64,000 nucleotides of DNA, taken from assembly GCA_035342335.1 (NCBI GenBank), contig DAOQWY010000016.1, positions 11,711-75,710 on the forward strand, written 5' to 3'. Below, in pieces: positions 10,401 through 21,800 of the stretch. Below the pieces are notes generated by a model. That model made no database searches, had not been told where the DNA came from, and worked only from the letters and a program-made list of their open reading frames with translations. The translations under genes were made by a program, and so were the position numbers. Each line of letters begins with the position of its first letter. Position 1 is the stretch's first letter. This DNA comes from Bacteroidales bacterium (GTDB lineage: Bacteria; Bacteroidota; Bacteroidia; Bacteroidales; JAGONC01).

Positions 10401-12634
10401 AACCCAACAGGCAACTGAATGGTGCACTGGAAGGCCACAAATTCCTGTGTGTTGTTGATCGCCACGGGAACTGTCATAGGATTTCCGGTCAGCACCTCGG
10501 TATCCACGACCTGGATCACATTCACGTGGGGCAGGATCGTCAGCACTCCGTTGTCCGTACCGGTAAGCACGTTGTTCATCAGGGCATCACTGATGATGGC
10601 CTGGTCGAACGTGATGGGATAGGCCCCCGGGCCTGCCGTAAAATCAAGGACAAAGGAACATACATTCCCGTTGTTGCCTGTGAACGGAGCCTGTGTCAGC
10701 GAGGAAGCCAGGATCCGGAGAACATTTCCCCCCAGAACTGCAGCGTTTATGGTATGATCCGCCTCACGTCCCGAAAATTCTATACTACCCGCCTGATACG
10801 TGAAACCGGCCGGCAGGGGAATATCGAACTGGAAAGCGACAAATACACTGCTGTTGAGGATCTCTAGATCGACCGTAATGTCGTCTGCATCCGTGTAAAC
10901 GGATGCATCGTGCAGAATGGCAATATTGGAAAGGGCACCCCATACATCATTGAGCTCTATATCATCTTCAACGACAGCTATCCTGTCATTCACAAGTGTT
11001 TCTGGTACAGGTGTGGTCCCATCCATATAATAATACTTGTACTCGTAAGTTCCAAAGGGAAGTTGCAGAGTCAGTGTGTAGATCCACGATCCGGCAGATT
11101 CCGGGAACATTTCATATTCCGGATCAGTCGGAGGTACAGTCCATCCATTGAATGTCCCGCTCAGGTACACATCATCGGTGGCAGGGTTGAATCCGGCAGC
11201 ACCGGTCATATCTATGTTGAACGTAACATCGAATGTCTCTGTGACTTCCGTAAAATTCGCAGTAAGTTCTACGGCTTCGTCCGGCATGGGAAAGACGTAC
11301 GGATTGGCGGCACTGACAACGATGTCCGCTTCATCTGTCCAGTTCACGAACTGATATCCCGGATTGGCCATGGCCATGACCGTAACAGACTGATTTTCCT
11401 GGTACATCCCTGCGCCCAGGGCAGTTCCGGCACCAGCCGGATCAACTCCAAGGATCACTTCGTAGGTTGGGATGACAGCAAAATTGGCCGTGAGAAACAG
11501 GTTCTCAGCCGGCATGTCGAATACATACGGGTTGGCGGTACTGACGACTCCTCCATCCTCGGTCCAGTTTACAAAGCTGTAGCCCGTTCCGGCTGAGGCT
11601 GTCAGCGTGACCTGCTCACCCTCTTCATAGGCGCCTGCACCTGTTACTGTCCCTGCACCCACCGGAACAATATCGACGACGACCGTAAAGGTGGGAACGG
11701 TTGCAAAATTTGCCGTCAGGACAAGATTCTCGGCGGGCATTGCGAACGCATAAGGGTTGGCCGTGCTGACCACTCCTTCGGAATCCGTCCAGTTTACAAA
11801 AAGGTAACCCACGGCCGCTGAGGCAGTCAGTGTCACCGGATCACCCTCTTCATAGACGCCTGAACCGGTAACTGATCCGGCTCCTGCCGGGACCACGTTC
11901 ACGGTGACCGTATAGGTCGGGATAGGAGTGAAGTTGGCAGTCAGGGCTACGTCTTCGGCCGGCATCATAAAGGTGTACGTGCTGCTGGTGCTGACTACGT
12001 CACCACCATCGGTCCAGTTTACGAAAAGATAACCTGCAGCTGCAGTTGCAGCAACGGTCACCTGTTCACCTGCATCGTATTCACCTGCACCTGTAACCGT
12101 ACCTGCTCCTACCGGTGATACTCCAACCGAAACATCAAAACCCTGAGGTTCACAGATTAAAGTTGCTGTGCCGTCCTCCCAGCCGGTGATGATGTTCTGG
12201 CCAAGCAGGTTACTGATGGTCGGCATATAGGCCCCTGGAACATCGTAGATCTCCAGGGGATAGGTTCCGGGAATCGCTGGTGTATTTAAAATAAACGTAG
12301 CAACGATACCCGAGTTACCGCTGAAAGCGGTGGCTGGAAATGAATAGACCAGCACCCGGACCCTGCTCCCAATTTGGTTGGCAAGTCCGCTATGAACGCC
12401 AGGAACATTTCGGTAGAGGACAAGTGAACCTGGCTGGAGTGAGAATCCAGTTGGCAGGACAAGGTCAAACTGAAAACCGGCAAAAGCATCAGTATTGGTG
12501 ATCTCGACTTCCACCGTCAAAGGACTCCCACAGTCCGTTTCAACGTCGTTGAGACTCAACACATTGCTTTGGCTCAGCAGTAATAAGCTGCTAAATGAAA
12601 GCAAGGTGATCAATAATAGTCGTATTATCTTCAT
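4409..12634 (-). CDS. Giant secreted T9SS cargo protein, scaffoldin-like, with five cohesin-like modules plus other repeat arrays
   Basis: 2741-aa ORF. Domain map by residue: signal peptide 1-22; cohesin-like modules at 25-160 and four more at 572-1120 (recurring xFxGFQFDhxhPxGF ... GNxGxhxTFhh pattern); four ~75-aa Listeria-Bacteroides (InlB B) repeats at 165-462 (GYxFVNWTD); starch-binding-like module at 467-566; two Cys-rich Ig-like modules; eight ~85-aa repeats at 1269-2030; seven ~87-aa repeats at 2031-2557; T9SS C-terminal sorting domain at 2660-2741 (VYPNPSDAKFNV...GVYFLRLYGDD...KVERLILR). Confidence 0.85.
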   Translation of the reverse strand: MKIIRLLLITLLSFSSLLLLSQSNVLSLNDVETDCGSPLTVEVEITNTDAFAGFQFDLVLPTGFSLQPGSLVLYRNVPGVHSGLANQIGSRVRVLVYSFPATAFSGNSGIVATFILNTPAIPGTYPLEIYDVPGAYMPTISNLLGQNIITGWEDGTATLICEPQGFDVSVGVSPVGAGTVTGAGEYDAGEQVTVAATAAAGYLFVNWTDGGDVVSTSSTYTFMMPAEDVALTANFTPIPTYTVTVNVVPAGAGSVTGSGVYEEGDPVTLTASAAVGYLFVNWTDSEGVVSTANPYAFAMPAENLVLTANFATVPTFTVVVDIVPVGAGTVTGAGAYEEGEQVTLTASAGTGYSFVNWTEDGGVVSTANPYVFDMPAENLFLTANFAVIPTYEVILGVDPAGAGTALGAGMYQENQSVTVMAMANPGYQFVNWTDEADIVVSAANPYVFPMPDEAVELTANFTEVTETFDVTFNIDMTGAAGFNPATDDVYLSGTFNGWTVPPTDPEYEMFPESAGSWIYTLTLQLPFGTYEYKYYYMDGTTPVPETLVNDRIAVVEDDIELNDVWGALSNIAILHDASVYTDADDITVDLEILNSSVFVAFQFDIPLPAGFTYQAGSIEFSGREADHTINAAVLGGNVLRILASSLTQAPFTGNNGNVCSFVLDFTAGPGAYPITFDQAIISDALMNNVLTGTDNGVLTILPHVNVIQVVDTEVLTGNPMTVPVAINNTQEFVAFQCTIQLPVGFSYVTGSVVLDPDRVVDHTIVPSYNGATRQLTLLATSLTNTPFLGNEGNIATFIVNTPPNPGPDPDLYDATISNPFISDADAQNICSGVDNGVLTILAQQNIIEILDASGLCNRDLTIEVAITNSQEFAGFQLDVPLPAGFTYVPGSVALDPDRKGVNHTIVGSVLPGNILRIISFANPNELFLGNSGTIATFVVHTSTIPGTYPAPVVNGHISDITGLLELITGTIDGEITIENQNLFILHDASQLVDHPVTIEAEIDNTQDFVAFQADIAIPAGFTYVNGSAVLDADRKVDHEIFAQVMPGNILRVIASSLTNEPFLGFNGTIFTFVLNTPNLPGPYNLNFNTVAPYNIVIISSPAPPVNLLTGTDNGVITLLPDVNCPDDFEVCIDAEPFILTGGTPVGGIYTGPGVSGGMFYPAIAGAGIHEITYTYTYPNLISGSCTFEITVNPLPVVTCPENFSVCLEAEPWMLYGGLPEGGEYTGTGVSGGMFDPEVAGPGDHVITYTYTDENTCVNFCTFTIHVYELFEASIAADQTICYDSVPEALTSTVTGGAGIYTYQWWIYDEEPVEEIEGATEATYQPPALFETTSYVLQVFDECGMIITDPVTITVYGELLVTIAADQTICYDSIPAALTSVVSGGAENYIYQWWTYDDGPLAPIEGATEDTYQPPALQETTSYVLQLFDDCGMIISDPVTITVYDEFLVSIAEDQTICYDSIPEALTSIVSGGAGNYTYQWWIYDDGPLAPIEDATEDTYQPPALQETTSYVLQVFDDCGMIITNPVTITVYEELLSTIAADQVICYNTVPELLTSTTTGGNGEYLYHWEHSTDGVEFQVIEGAHASTYQPSALTQTTYYRLLVDDTYDCGPITTNIVTITVLEDLAVTIAADQEICNASQPEPLTSEVTGGDGEYTYQWQMSENGEVWTAIGGAVSPTYQPGILIGTTYYNVVVDDGHGCGPVTSNAVTITVYDVIEVTIAADQEICNATQPEPLTSVVTGGDGAYTYLWQMSEDGEVWTAIGGAISPTYEPGILIGTTYYNVVVDDGHGCGPVISNTVTIIVYDVLAGSIAEDQVICYNTAPELLTSTVTGGAGDYEYQWQVFIEGEEEFEDDYSYGYPDLTDPYAYESDSWIEIGWAQNVVPPAEDVVVANVKVTADQICSDYWYSEVSMYLKSPAGTSVLIWSGFANNGCTTDFVFTTDAFDGEQSAGQWLVYFIDSYGDGGGTAVGVEVTIEYTYIISGVWMDITGATGATYQPGVLTDTTMYKLYVTDYCGEIFTEPVTISVTPLPTADAGEDDEFCENQSYTLNGTATNYSSVLWTTAGDGTFDDATLLAATYTPGDADIVDGEVVLTLTAFAMNECPDVAIDQVTLEIGLLPTVNAGDDGVACEDGYYQTLGWTTNAWTTLWTTSGDGYFVDPTSTFTQYWPGSADIAAGSAVLTLTANPVPPCTEPVSDQVVVTFVEQPTANAGPNATICGTGTHTLNGTAANYSSLTWTTSGDGTFSNTHILNPVYTPGAGDIASGSATLTLTAYAIAPCSNNATDAMTLTIIGVPQAFAGPDGAVCAGNDYVLNGATASGYGSLLWTTSGSGTFVNPNMIVATYQPSAGDIADGVVVLTLTAYAQPPCGGMATDAMTLTITTAPSAFAGDDFAICSTEEAQLEGTADNYASLKWTSSGDGTFSNANILDPVYTPGTLDLLAGTVDLTLTAYAEAPCGEDATDQLVLTIAAAAFANAGPDDKICANELYQLSGVAGGFFYTEWTSSGDGKFNDNTLLNATYEPGTSDILLGYVNLTLTAWPIDPCPDPASDMMVLLIDPIPAIPGIPSGADTVCVLTTDTTWYQTIGAANALSYVWDIFPAEAGTISGEGTIGVVDWSGEYFGPVFIKVKGVNDCGEGDYSDALIVVADPCPGIPGKPAAELTVNVYPNPSDAKFNVKITNITGKLELSLMDITGQILKQETVESINGFYKTEIDIATYPKGVYFLRLYGDDISKVERLILR

Positions 12635-12724
12635 GGCTATTGTGTTAATTGTTTCTTAGGTTATGGAATTGACTTGTTCCTGCACAATTGGATTATATGA
12701 TTTCAAGAGGTCTAAGAACCAGCG

Positions 12725-12754
12725 TGCCGGCCTCCGCGAAGCGGGCGGCCGGCA
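12725..12754 (-). terminator. GC-rich hairpin between the two giant genes (attenuator, terminator or processing site)
   Basis: TGCCGGCC (12725-12732) pairs with GGCCGGCA (12747-12754), with an inner CCGC-GAA-GCGG pairing. It lies about 50 nt after the stop of the 3218-aa gene. There is no clear U-tract on the minus strand. Confidence 0.4.
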
Positions 12755-12805
12755 GACTGGTATTTGATCTAGGTATTAAAGATCAGGAACATGACTCATT
12801 ATCAA

Positions 12806-15800
12806 CTACTTAATGATTACTACTTTCACTTCCTGCCTGTAAACCTGGTGAGAAGCGTCTTCTGTTATAGCATTCATTTGTAGAATGTACAGCCCTGTGG
12901 TCAGGGTCTGGGCATCGGTCCAGTTGATCAGGTGCTCACCGTAGTCATAGATGGCATCAGTAAGTTCACTGATCACTCTTCCGGAGAAGTCGAGCAGACG
13001 AATGTTCACCTTTGCATTGGCCGGTACATTGAACAGTGCGTTGATCTCGCCCCTGGTGGGGTTCGGGTACGCCATCAGGCTGAATGCATCGCTGAGAGCA
13101 CCGTGCTTGGTCACCTGAACTTCGTTTTCGCCGTAGTTGGCACCGATCACATTACCCCATTCAATGGTTCCTTCCGCTGCCATGCTGATCAGATTGATCA
13201 TGCCGGCCGGTATGGGTTCATTGTCAAGGTTATAGATCATACCGGTAAGGGTATTGCCTTCCACGGAGTAAGTAAGTTCATAGCCTGCAAGGGCCAGTGT
13301 GAGCTTAAGATTGCTGACCTGCGGTCCTTCAAGTTCGAACTGCAGACCGGAAACGGTTCCGTCGCTGTTGAACATGATGCCGTCGGAAGCCAGATAGATA
13401 TCAGCCGGGATCGACATCACAGATGCCTTTCCTGTCTGTCCGAGTATGATGTTGATCAAGGCAACAATATCGAGTACGTTGATCTGTCCGTCGCCGTTGA
13501 TATCGCCACCATCACCGATACACTGTGTCCAGGCCTGACTGCCCATGATGTAGTTGGTCAGGATCTGAACGTCAAGTACGGTGAGGAAGCCGTCGCAGTT
13601 CACATCACCCAGGAGTTTGGTGGTGAAGGTACCTGCAACTACTTCAGCATAGATGCCTGTACCACAAACAGTACGAACTTCAACGTTATACAATGTACCC
13701 GGAGTGAGTCCTGTGATCGTCTTTGGTGAAGCAGCAACCGCCCATGCCGTCCAGGTTCCACCTACCGCTTTCTTGTAGCGAAGTTCGGCAGTCTGTCCGG
13801 CAGGTGTCGTCCAGGTCACCTCAGCCGTCTTGGCAGTCGTAGTCGAAGCCAGGTTGGTGACAGGATCGCAGGCTGCAAAGTGAGCGACAACGGTCTTGTT
13901 GCCATTCATCGTCAGGCTTGCAGGATTTGCCGTACCTGTCAGGTCACCGGTCCAGTTCAGGAACAGTCCGTTTGGTTCCGGATCGAGTGTCAACACGGTT
14001 CCGTAATTAACGGTGTACGGAGGAGTCAGAACGGTCGCACCATTCTTTACCACCACCGAGCATGAAGACGGTCCATCAATGGTCACAGTCAAAGTAACCG
14101 TAGTGATCGTAAACTTCGCCTCAAGCGCTACGTTAGCAGCTGGCATGACAAAGCTATACGCCAGATTTGGGGAGACAAGCGTCGTTCCCTGATACCATCC
14201 ATTGAATACCCAGCCTACCGTTGGGGTAGCAGTTACGGTTACATTGTCGCCAATGTAATAGATTCCGCCACCTGCAACCGTACCACCGGCAGTAGGATTC
14301 GCTGTCAGTGTAACATTATAAGGTATGGCATCGAATACTGCTACGAAGTCATTCCATTCGCACAGGATCGTATGATTGAACTGCTCATCTTCAACAAGAA
14401 CTTCGCACATTGGATTTGCCCAGTAATCGAATACATATCCGGGTCCCGGGGTAGCCAGCAGAGTGATAACCTCATCCAGAGCATAAGGACCGGAACCGGA
14501 AATGACTTCGGCAGTACATCCTGCGGGAAGCAGTCCGCTTTCGCACTCATCACGCGCCATCGTTATTTCAACGTCGAAGTAGGTTTCCTCGAACAAGCCA
14601 TAGATGGTTACGTCATAAGGCTGAGGAATCCAGCCGAAATTCGGAGCCGTGATAGGCGTACCGGTAGCATCCGTTACAGGAACATTGCAGTTATAATCAT
14701 AGAACCAACCCACGAATTCATAGTTGCAGCAATCTTCTTCTGCTGAGATTGGCAGCGGGTCGTCTTCGATATTGTACATATAGTCCCAATCCTGTGCATA
14801 GACAGAACCGCAACCTATGGCAACAAGGTTAAGTTCATACTCGATCAGCTCATAATGAGCAACGGCAACCTTATTTTCATCCATGTAGATGCCAAGTGGG
14901 CTAACACCTTCAGCTTGAGTGGTATAATTCACATCCCAGTGCATGAAGCCCCAGCCCGGAGTAGTTTCCTCCTGATCGACCATTGCAACAACGGTTTCCG
15001 GATAGTTTCCATCACCCCAGGTGTTACCAAAACCATCAGGATTGTCTGATGTGGTCAGGGAGTAGATCGGATACTGCGGGAAGGCGGTTTCAACTGCAAG
15101 AGCATAGAATACAACCGTTTCTTCCCACTGTGCCGGAATGGTGTACGTAAAGGTCATCGTCTGCGGGTATGGACGCGGTGCATGTACCGGGTCGATCTGC
15201 CATCCGGTCAGGATGCAGTTCCCACCGTCTCTGTCTAATTCGCCACAACCCGGCAGGTCACTCAGCGTACCGACCATCCAGTTCACAAACGTGAAGCCGG
15301 GGATCGGGGTTGCCTTCAGGGTGACAACATCACCGAAATTATAGATGCCATCGCTTCCAGGAGTCACATCCTCAAGCAGCAGGCCATAATCAACGATGTT
15401 GCAGTTGCACGGATCAACAGGGCGCAGATATGTGCGGCATACAAGATCAAGTTCGTAATCGATCTTCTTGTAATGGGCTACCATCGTCACTGCAGTGTTC
15501 GGCATGTTGAATACATACGGATTCGAATAATTCTTACCCGTGAACAGTGAAGATGTCCAGTAGTCGAATTCCCAACCGATCTCCGGTATGGCTGTCACTG
15601 AAATGACTGACGGGAATCCGCTCAGCTGGTTGTGCTTGTAGAACGCATAGGGTTCGTAAGCTGTATAACCATTCTGTGTTACGGATTCATCACCAGCAAC
15701 TTCCGGATCATGCGTCACGGTGAGCGCGTAGGTCGGCAGATCAACGACAAAGATTGCCCTGATCGTGCGATCAGCATTGACCATCGGCAGGCTCAGCGGA

Positions 15801-18800
15801 TTGGCTGATCCGAGGCTGACACCATTTTCAACATCATACCAATGAGATAATTTATAATAGGTATTCGCAGTAGCTGTAAGGGTAAATGGCGTCGGATGCT
15901 GGAAGTGCTCGAACGTTCCGATTGCAGTGCCAGCGGTTGAATTGTTTGTGAACTTGTTCAATCCTGTGCCAGCAGGCGCTCCGGTCACTTTACCTCCGGT
16001 CGTATTCTGCGTATTGTTATAATACGGCAATCCCTTGATCACATACTGTCTCAATGCCAGTTCTGCAACCAGATCATAGGGCTGTTCGCAGTCGTTGTCA
16101 CCTACTATGTAGCTCCATACACTTCTGTCAATGTATTCCTCGACCAGATAGACATTATCGTTGTTGAAACCAACGCATTCCCATCCTGGTTCAGGATAAA
16201 CGGTCAGTGTCAGCGGTGTATCAAAGTCGAAGTAATCACCTGCTGTAGCTTCAGCATCAATCAGCTGTACAAAGTCACCATCGGAATTTTCACCTTCGAT
16301 CAAAACTGAACCCTTGGTGTTAGGATCTGTAACGGCGGTGATGTGGTACGGCTTCTTTACGAAGACGGCCTTGATGTCGAGGTTCGATTCGACCGGCATC
16401 CATTCGGTCGGCGTGAAAAGCACATAGTGCCGCTCGCTGCCCACCATGGTTCCATCCCATACCTCGAAATGATCGAACATCCATCCGCATTCGCATTCGT
16501 GTGTTTCGAGCGTCACAGGTGTCCCGTATTTGAAGACAGCATAATTCTGTGCTGCAAACACGATGCCCCAATCCTGTCCCTGTACGAACTGTGCCGTATA
16601 GGTTACATAATTGCAGTCAGGGCTTTCCGGAACGACCGTAACGTCAATTCTCGGGTAGAACTTGGCAAAGTTGGCTTCCACTGTATAGGTGTAGCCGTGT
16701 ACCGGATCCGTGCCAACCATATCAAAGGTGATGAAACCTTCTTTTGGAGTTACAAAGTTCGGTTTGGCTGGCAGTTCAGGATCATAGGTGTAATTGGTCA
16801 CATCGTTTGGTCCGATGGTGGCCAGTACGGAAGCGGGCAGCTGTTTACCACTGGACGGTGGTGCATACGACCAGCTTGTATTGTAATAGCCATCCATTGC
16901 CTTTGCCTTGATCATAACAGCACTGCCGTGGGTATAGTTCTTTGTATCATAATCAACCCATGAATTGGTATTGCCTGTCCAGGATACACCGCTGGTGCTG
17001 GGGTCCTGGTACGGGACCGCTTTTGCATAGATGTTGTAGGTGTTGATGTTATAATCCACATTGAACCTGTAGCCTTCAAACGGCACTGCCGGATCGGCTG
17101 TCCAGTCAATGAACGGATGTGATGTCGGCCAGGCCGGTGCAGCAGGTGTCTGGTTCTGGTTGGTGAACAGTTCCCATCCCAAACCGGGTAGGGTGTTCTG
17201 ATATTTCCATCCTGAACCGGATTTATAATACACCGAGGTGGTCAGGTTTCTTGTCCAGTTATTGATATGGTACCCCTGACCAATGTTGGACTTGAACGTA
17301 TACACGTGCGGATAAGGCAGCATATTGACCTTGTAGGTCAGCTGTTTTCCATAGGATCCATACGCACTGCCATCCACGTTCAGGTTCTTCAGTGTTGCCG
17401 AACCTTCTTTCAGGAACAGATTGTTGATATCGCCTGCACCCCAGCTCGGCGGGAATTTCAGCCCGCTGTTGGCCGAGTAGCTAACAGTGATGTCAAACTT
17501 ACAGGTGGTGCACCACGACCAGACAAGGTCTGCTCCACCGCCTGGTCCGTCGCTTGCCACTCTGCCTCCATCCGTCATGTCGATGAAGCCGGCTCCGTTA
17601 TCCATGAATCCGTCGCGGAACAGGACATAATAATTATAGCAGTGCAGCATCTGGTTGTACGGATGCGTCCAGTACTCTTCATTGCCTGCAAAGGCTTCCG
17701 GGACAAGGGTGATCACCGTCGGGCCAAAAGTACCCGGGTAACCAGGCAGAGCTTCTTCATACTCAGAGGCAGTGGCCTTGAACATCACCTTTTTCCATAC
17801 TTCCGGACCGTATTTCGGACTTGCCCAAATCTCGAACTTATGGGTGGGTTCACCTACCTGGTCAGAGATCATATTCCCGTTGGTGTACTTCACAGGATTC
17901 ACAAAGGTGATCTTGATCGGTGCATTGTATGCAATTTCAACATCTTCACACCCTGATGGTTCAACCACTGGTGAGATCAGCTGCGGAATGGTCTTGAAGA
18001 TGATCTGACGTGAAAGCTCGAAAGCACACGCGGCTTCTTCGTCAAACTCATAATCATCCTGATCAAGACGGTATTCTACTCTCTGGAAATCACCTGTTAT
18101 GTTGTTATGGGCCCAGATGTCGCCAAACACGATCCTGTAATAGTTATTCCACTGAAGATCAACACGTACTTCATTTTCCGGTGTACCCGGGTAGACCGTG
18201 ATGACCCGACCTGCCCTGATGGACCAGAAAGGAACGGTTGCCCAATTGTCCGGATCAGGATAGATGTACTCGTGGCACGGAGGTTCACCCGCAACGATGT
18301 ACTTCTCAAGACGGATGAAATTACCCAGACCGGTGCCGGAGGTTGGCAGGGGCTGACCCATATAGTTGTAGACATCCTGGTTGAACGTAATGGTAAAGGT
18401 CCTTTCAACGGGGACTTCAACAATGTCGGGTTCGCATTCCGGATCGCAGCTCAGCTGATAGCTCGGATCGAACATCGCGTAAGGTGGCGCAACAATGTCG
18501 GCATCATCATCGCCTTGATCACCGATGCAGTAGTTGCCCGATTGTGCCCCGGATAGTCCGAGGTTTACAATCTCAACATCCTTGTCATCTTCAACCCAGG
18601 GATTCACAAAGTAGGCTTCCGCGTCAGCCGGATCGGCCGGAGTCACGTAAACCAGTGTTTCACCCGCAATGAGTCCTGACAATGCACCATAGGATAACAC
18701 AGTTGCTTCAACCTGTCCGTTAAATTGCTTGTCGGCGATCACGATGTTGGGCAGTGTCAGCCATTTGCAGCTGATCGTAGCCTGTATCACCGGATATCCG

Positions 18801-21800
18801 GCGCCTTCCGGACAGTTGAGCACATAGTTCGGAGCGTCTGTTCCGCTCAGGGTGGCTGAGTAAGTTACGTTCCACGTACCAATGTTCTTGCTGGCAAAGG
18901 TGCCGGCCGGATTAATGGTACCTGAAACGTTATCGCCAGCCAGGAATCCCTTGAAGCCATCGTTTACTCCATCATAAGGTGTAGGTTCATTCTTGCTGAC
19001 AACGGCATTGGTATTTCCGTCGTAGATCTTATTATCAGCTTTTGCATAAACATCCACACATTTGCGGAAGATCTTGGCTGCGGAGGTCGCTGTGCTGCCG
19101 GGAACACCATAACCCGTTAACGGATCATAGGTGGTAGCGCCAAGGATGTAGTAGCAATCATCGATACCTGTGAGCTCCAGACCTGTGATGTTCACCTGTT
19201 TGGTGAGATAGATCGTTCCGTTCCAGGTGGTATTTTCATCAATAAAGTTTGCCACAACGCCAACCCAGTCGAAATCAACCGTACAGTCATAGCCAGGGCA
19301 GGTTGTCGAATAACCGGTAAGTGTACTGGCTTCCTGGTCAATGGTTGCAGTAGTCGTTCCGTCATAGATCTTGTTGTTGATGACGATGTTTGCCGTAAGG
19401 TTCTTACGGAAGAGGGCCTTCAGTTCCTTATCGCTGCGGAACACCAGTTCATAAACATGATGTCCGGCATCGTTCAAACCTATATAGGTAAAGTCGGGAT
19501 CCCCCAAGGGTTCTCCGTCATCAGCCGGATCGCAGAAGATCCATTCGCCCCAGGTCCAGCCTGTGGTGGGGATGACTTCGAGGAGAACGGTTTCACCGTG
19601 GGTGAAGGTGAGGAAGGTGCCGCTGGTGGGCTCGATATCGGCGCACTCGCGGTTACCGGTCAATTCGAACGGTGTGCTTCCGCCGTCGGTCCACACGATC
19701 ACTTTCTGTCCGCAACCTGCAACTCCGATAACGAATTCATATTCTTCCTGGTCGAAGTGGGCGGTTACCTCGGCATTGCACGGAGGCATCCTGTACCAGG
19801 TCGGGTTGGCTTCATAGTCGGCAAAATTATCATAGGCAGGTATGTCACGGCCTTCTGGTTCTTCGCAGTCCGTTTCGCTCGTCCATTCATCGAAGAAATA
19901 GCCACCGAGCACCGAAGGTGTTGCGATTACTTTTACCAGGGTACCACAGCCAATGTTGTAAGGTCCCGGAATTTCCGGATTTGTTGTTCCGGCATAATCG
20001 GGTTCCGCCGCCATCGTCAGTGCATAGGTACCAATGGTGAAGCTGACATTCCTGCTGTCAGGAGAGGTCATGTATACGAAATTCGGATACGCGAACAGCT
20101 TGACGATCGGCTTGAAGTTCAGGGTATAGTCGCCCTTGTTCGCTGCGCCGGTCAGATCCGTTGGCGGATCATAGTTGCCGGGGATGACGAAGTTGAAGGT
20201 CCAGGCAACATCCACTGCATTGATCAGTTTGTCAGGTACCGTACCCACCTTGCTGGTGGAGCCTGCGATGATGGCTGACAACATCGTTTCCGTATTCACG
20301 GGCAGGGCTGTTCCCACCGTGAAGAGTCCACTGGCGGTGGCGCCATAGTGCCAGTCAATCGTTGTTCCGGCCGGAATTTCGTGGGCCGTATTCTTGATCA
20401 CGACATCCGTATAGATATCATACGCTGTGGGTTCGATACTGGCGATGGCCGGGAAATCGAAGGTAACCGTTATGGGAATGATATCGTTCAGGCACACATA
20501 GTCATTGGGCGTTGTAGCCGTAAAGGATGCATTGGCAAAGGTAATGTCAACATTGTCGGTACCAACGATACAGATGGGCGAGGTGCCATAGTAGGTAAAC
20601 AGCTCAACATCCATGTCAAAGGTAACCGGAGCTGAAACTCCTTCGATATCGAATTCCCAGTAAAGAGTCGTACCTGAAATTGCAGTCAGATCGTACGGGT
20701 AGATCAACGGACTACCAAACATCTGGCTGAACTTCTTACCGGATGTTCCGCCGAGGACACCATCGATAATCGTGATAGTGTTGGTCGGAGGATTGGTTGC
20801 ACCATACCTGGCTCCCAAAAGCACCATTCCTGATGGGAAGTTACCCGATGTTTTGGTAATTCTTCCATCGAGCATGATACCCGCGTGGTCTGCTGAAAAA
20901 GGAGCAGCCAACGTCGTGGTGACCGGTACAATGATCGGGGCCTTGGTCACGGCACTGATCGCGGTTGGGCCAATGTTCACACTTGCAGTGATATCCAGGT
21001 TGATCAGCTCAACGCTCAGCACTTCACCGTAGGGATAATCAACGGCATTCAGCTGAACAATGGGCTGTACCGTCAGGTTGTAGCTGCCCGATGGCAGGTT
21101 GGCAATGGAAAACTCCCATTCAATATCGAGTTCACTATGGCCAAGCAGCGGTGTTGGCGCCACTCCGGCAGGAACTGAGTTCACAACAACATTCGACAAA
21201 TAAACAGGCGTGTTCGCCGGAATACCTCCGACACCAACTGTAAAGACTGCCGGACCGAAGCTTCCGCCGGGGGTCTGGGTGTAGGTCCAGGTGATCGTTG
21301 CACCGGCAGGAATGGCCTTGTCGGTCTTCAGAATGGCGTTGGCCAGGATTTCGCCTGCCAGGTCAACCTTATAGATGGTGGGATAGGTGATGGTAGTGGA
21401 GAATTCGAACGGACCACCACATTCTATGATCGGTGAAAGTTCTGGTGTGAATGTTTGTTCAACATCAGCCACTTCGATATCGAATTCGCTGGATGCAAGT
21501 ACGGTCTCGCACAATTCATCCCCGAATTCAAGAGCAGCATCCTTATAGGCTATGGTAGAAACGGTTACGGTAAAGGTTTCCGCTTCCATGAACCCATCGA
21601 ATGTAAATACCCAGTTGATGGTCTTACCACTTTCATCTTCAAGCAATGGAGCGATGAAGTCGCTTGGTACCGTTACAAGATCAAAAATATCACTGAGCAG
21701 GATATCATTTCCATATACACCATATACACCTGCTACAGTACCCAGGTCAATGGTTCCAACCACTCCCGGTGCAGGGGAGATATCCAGTATTCTCAGACCG

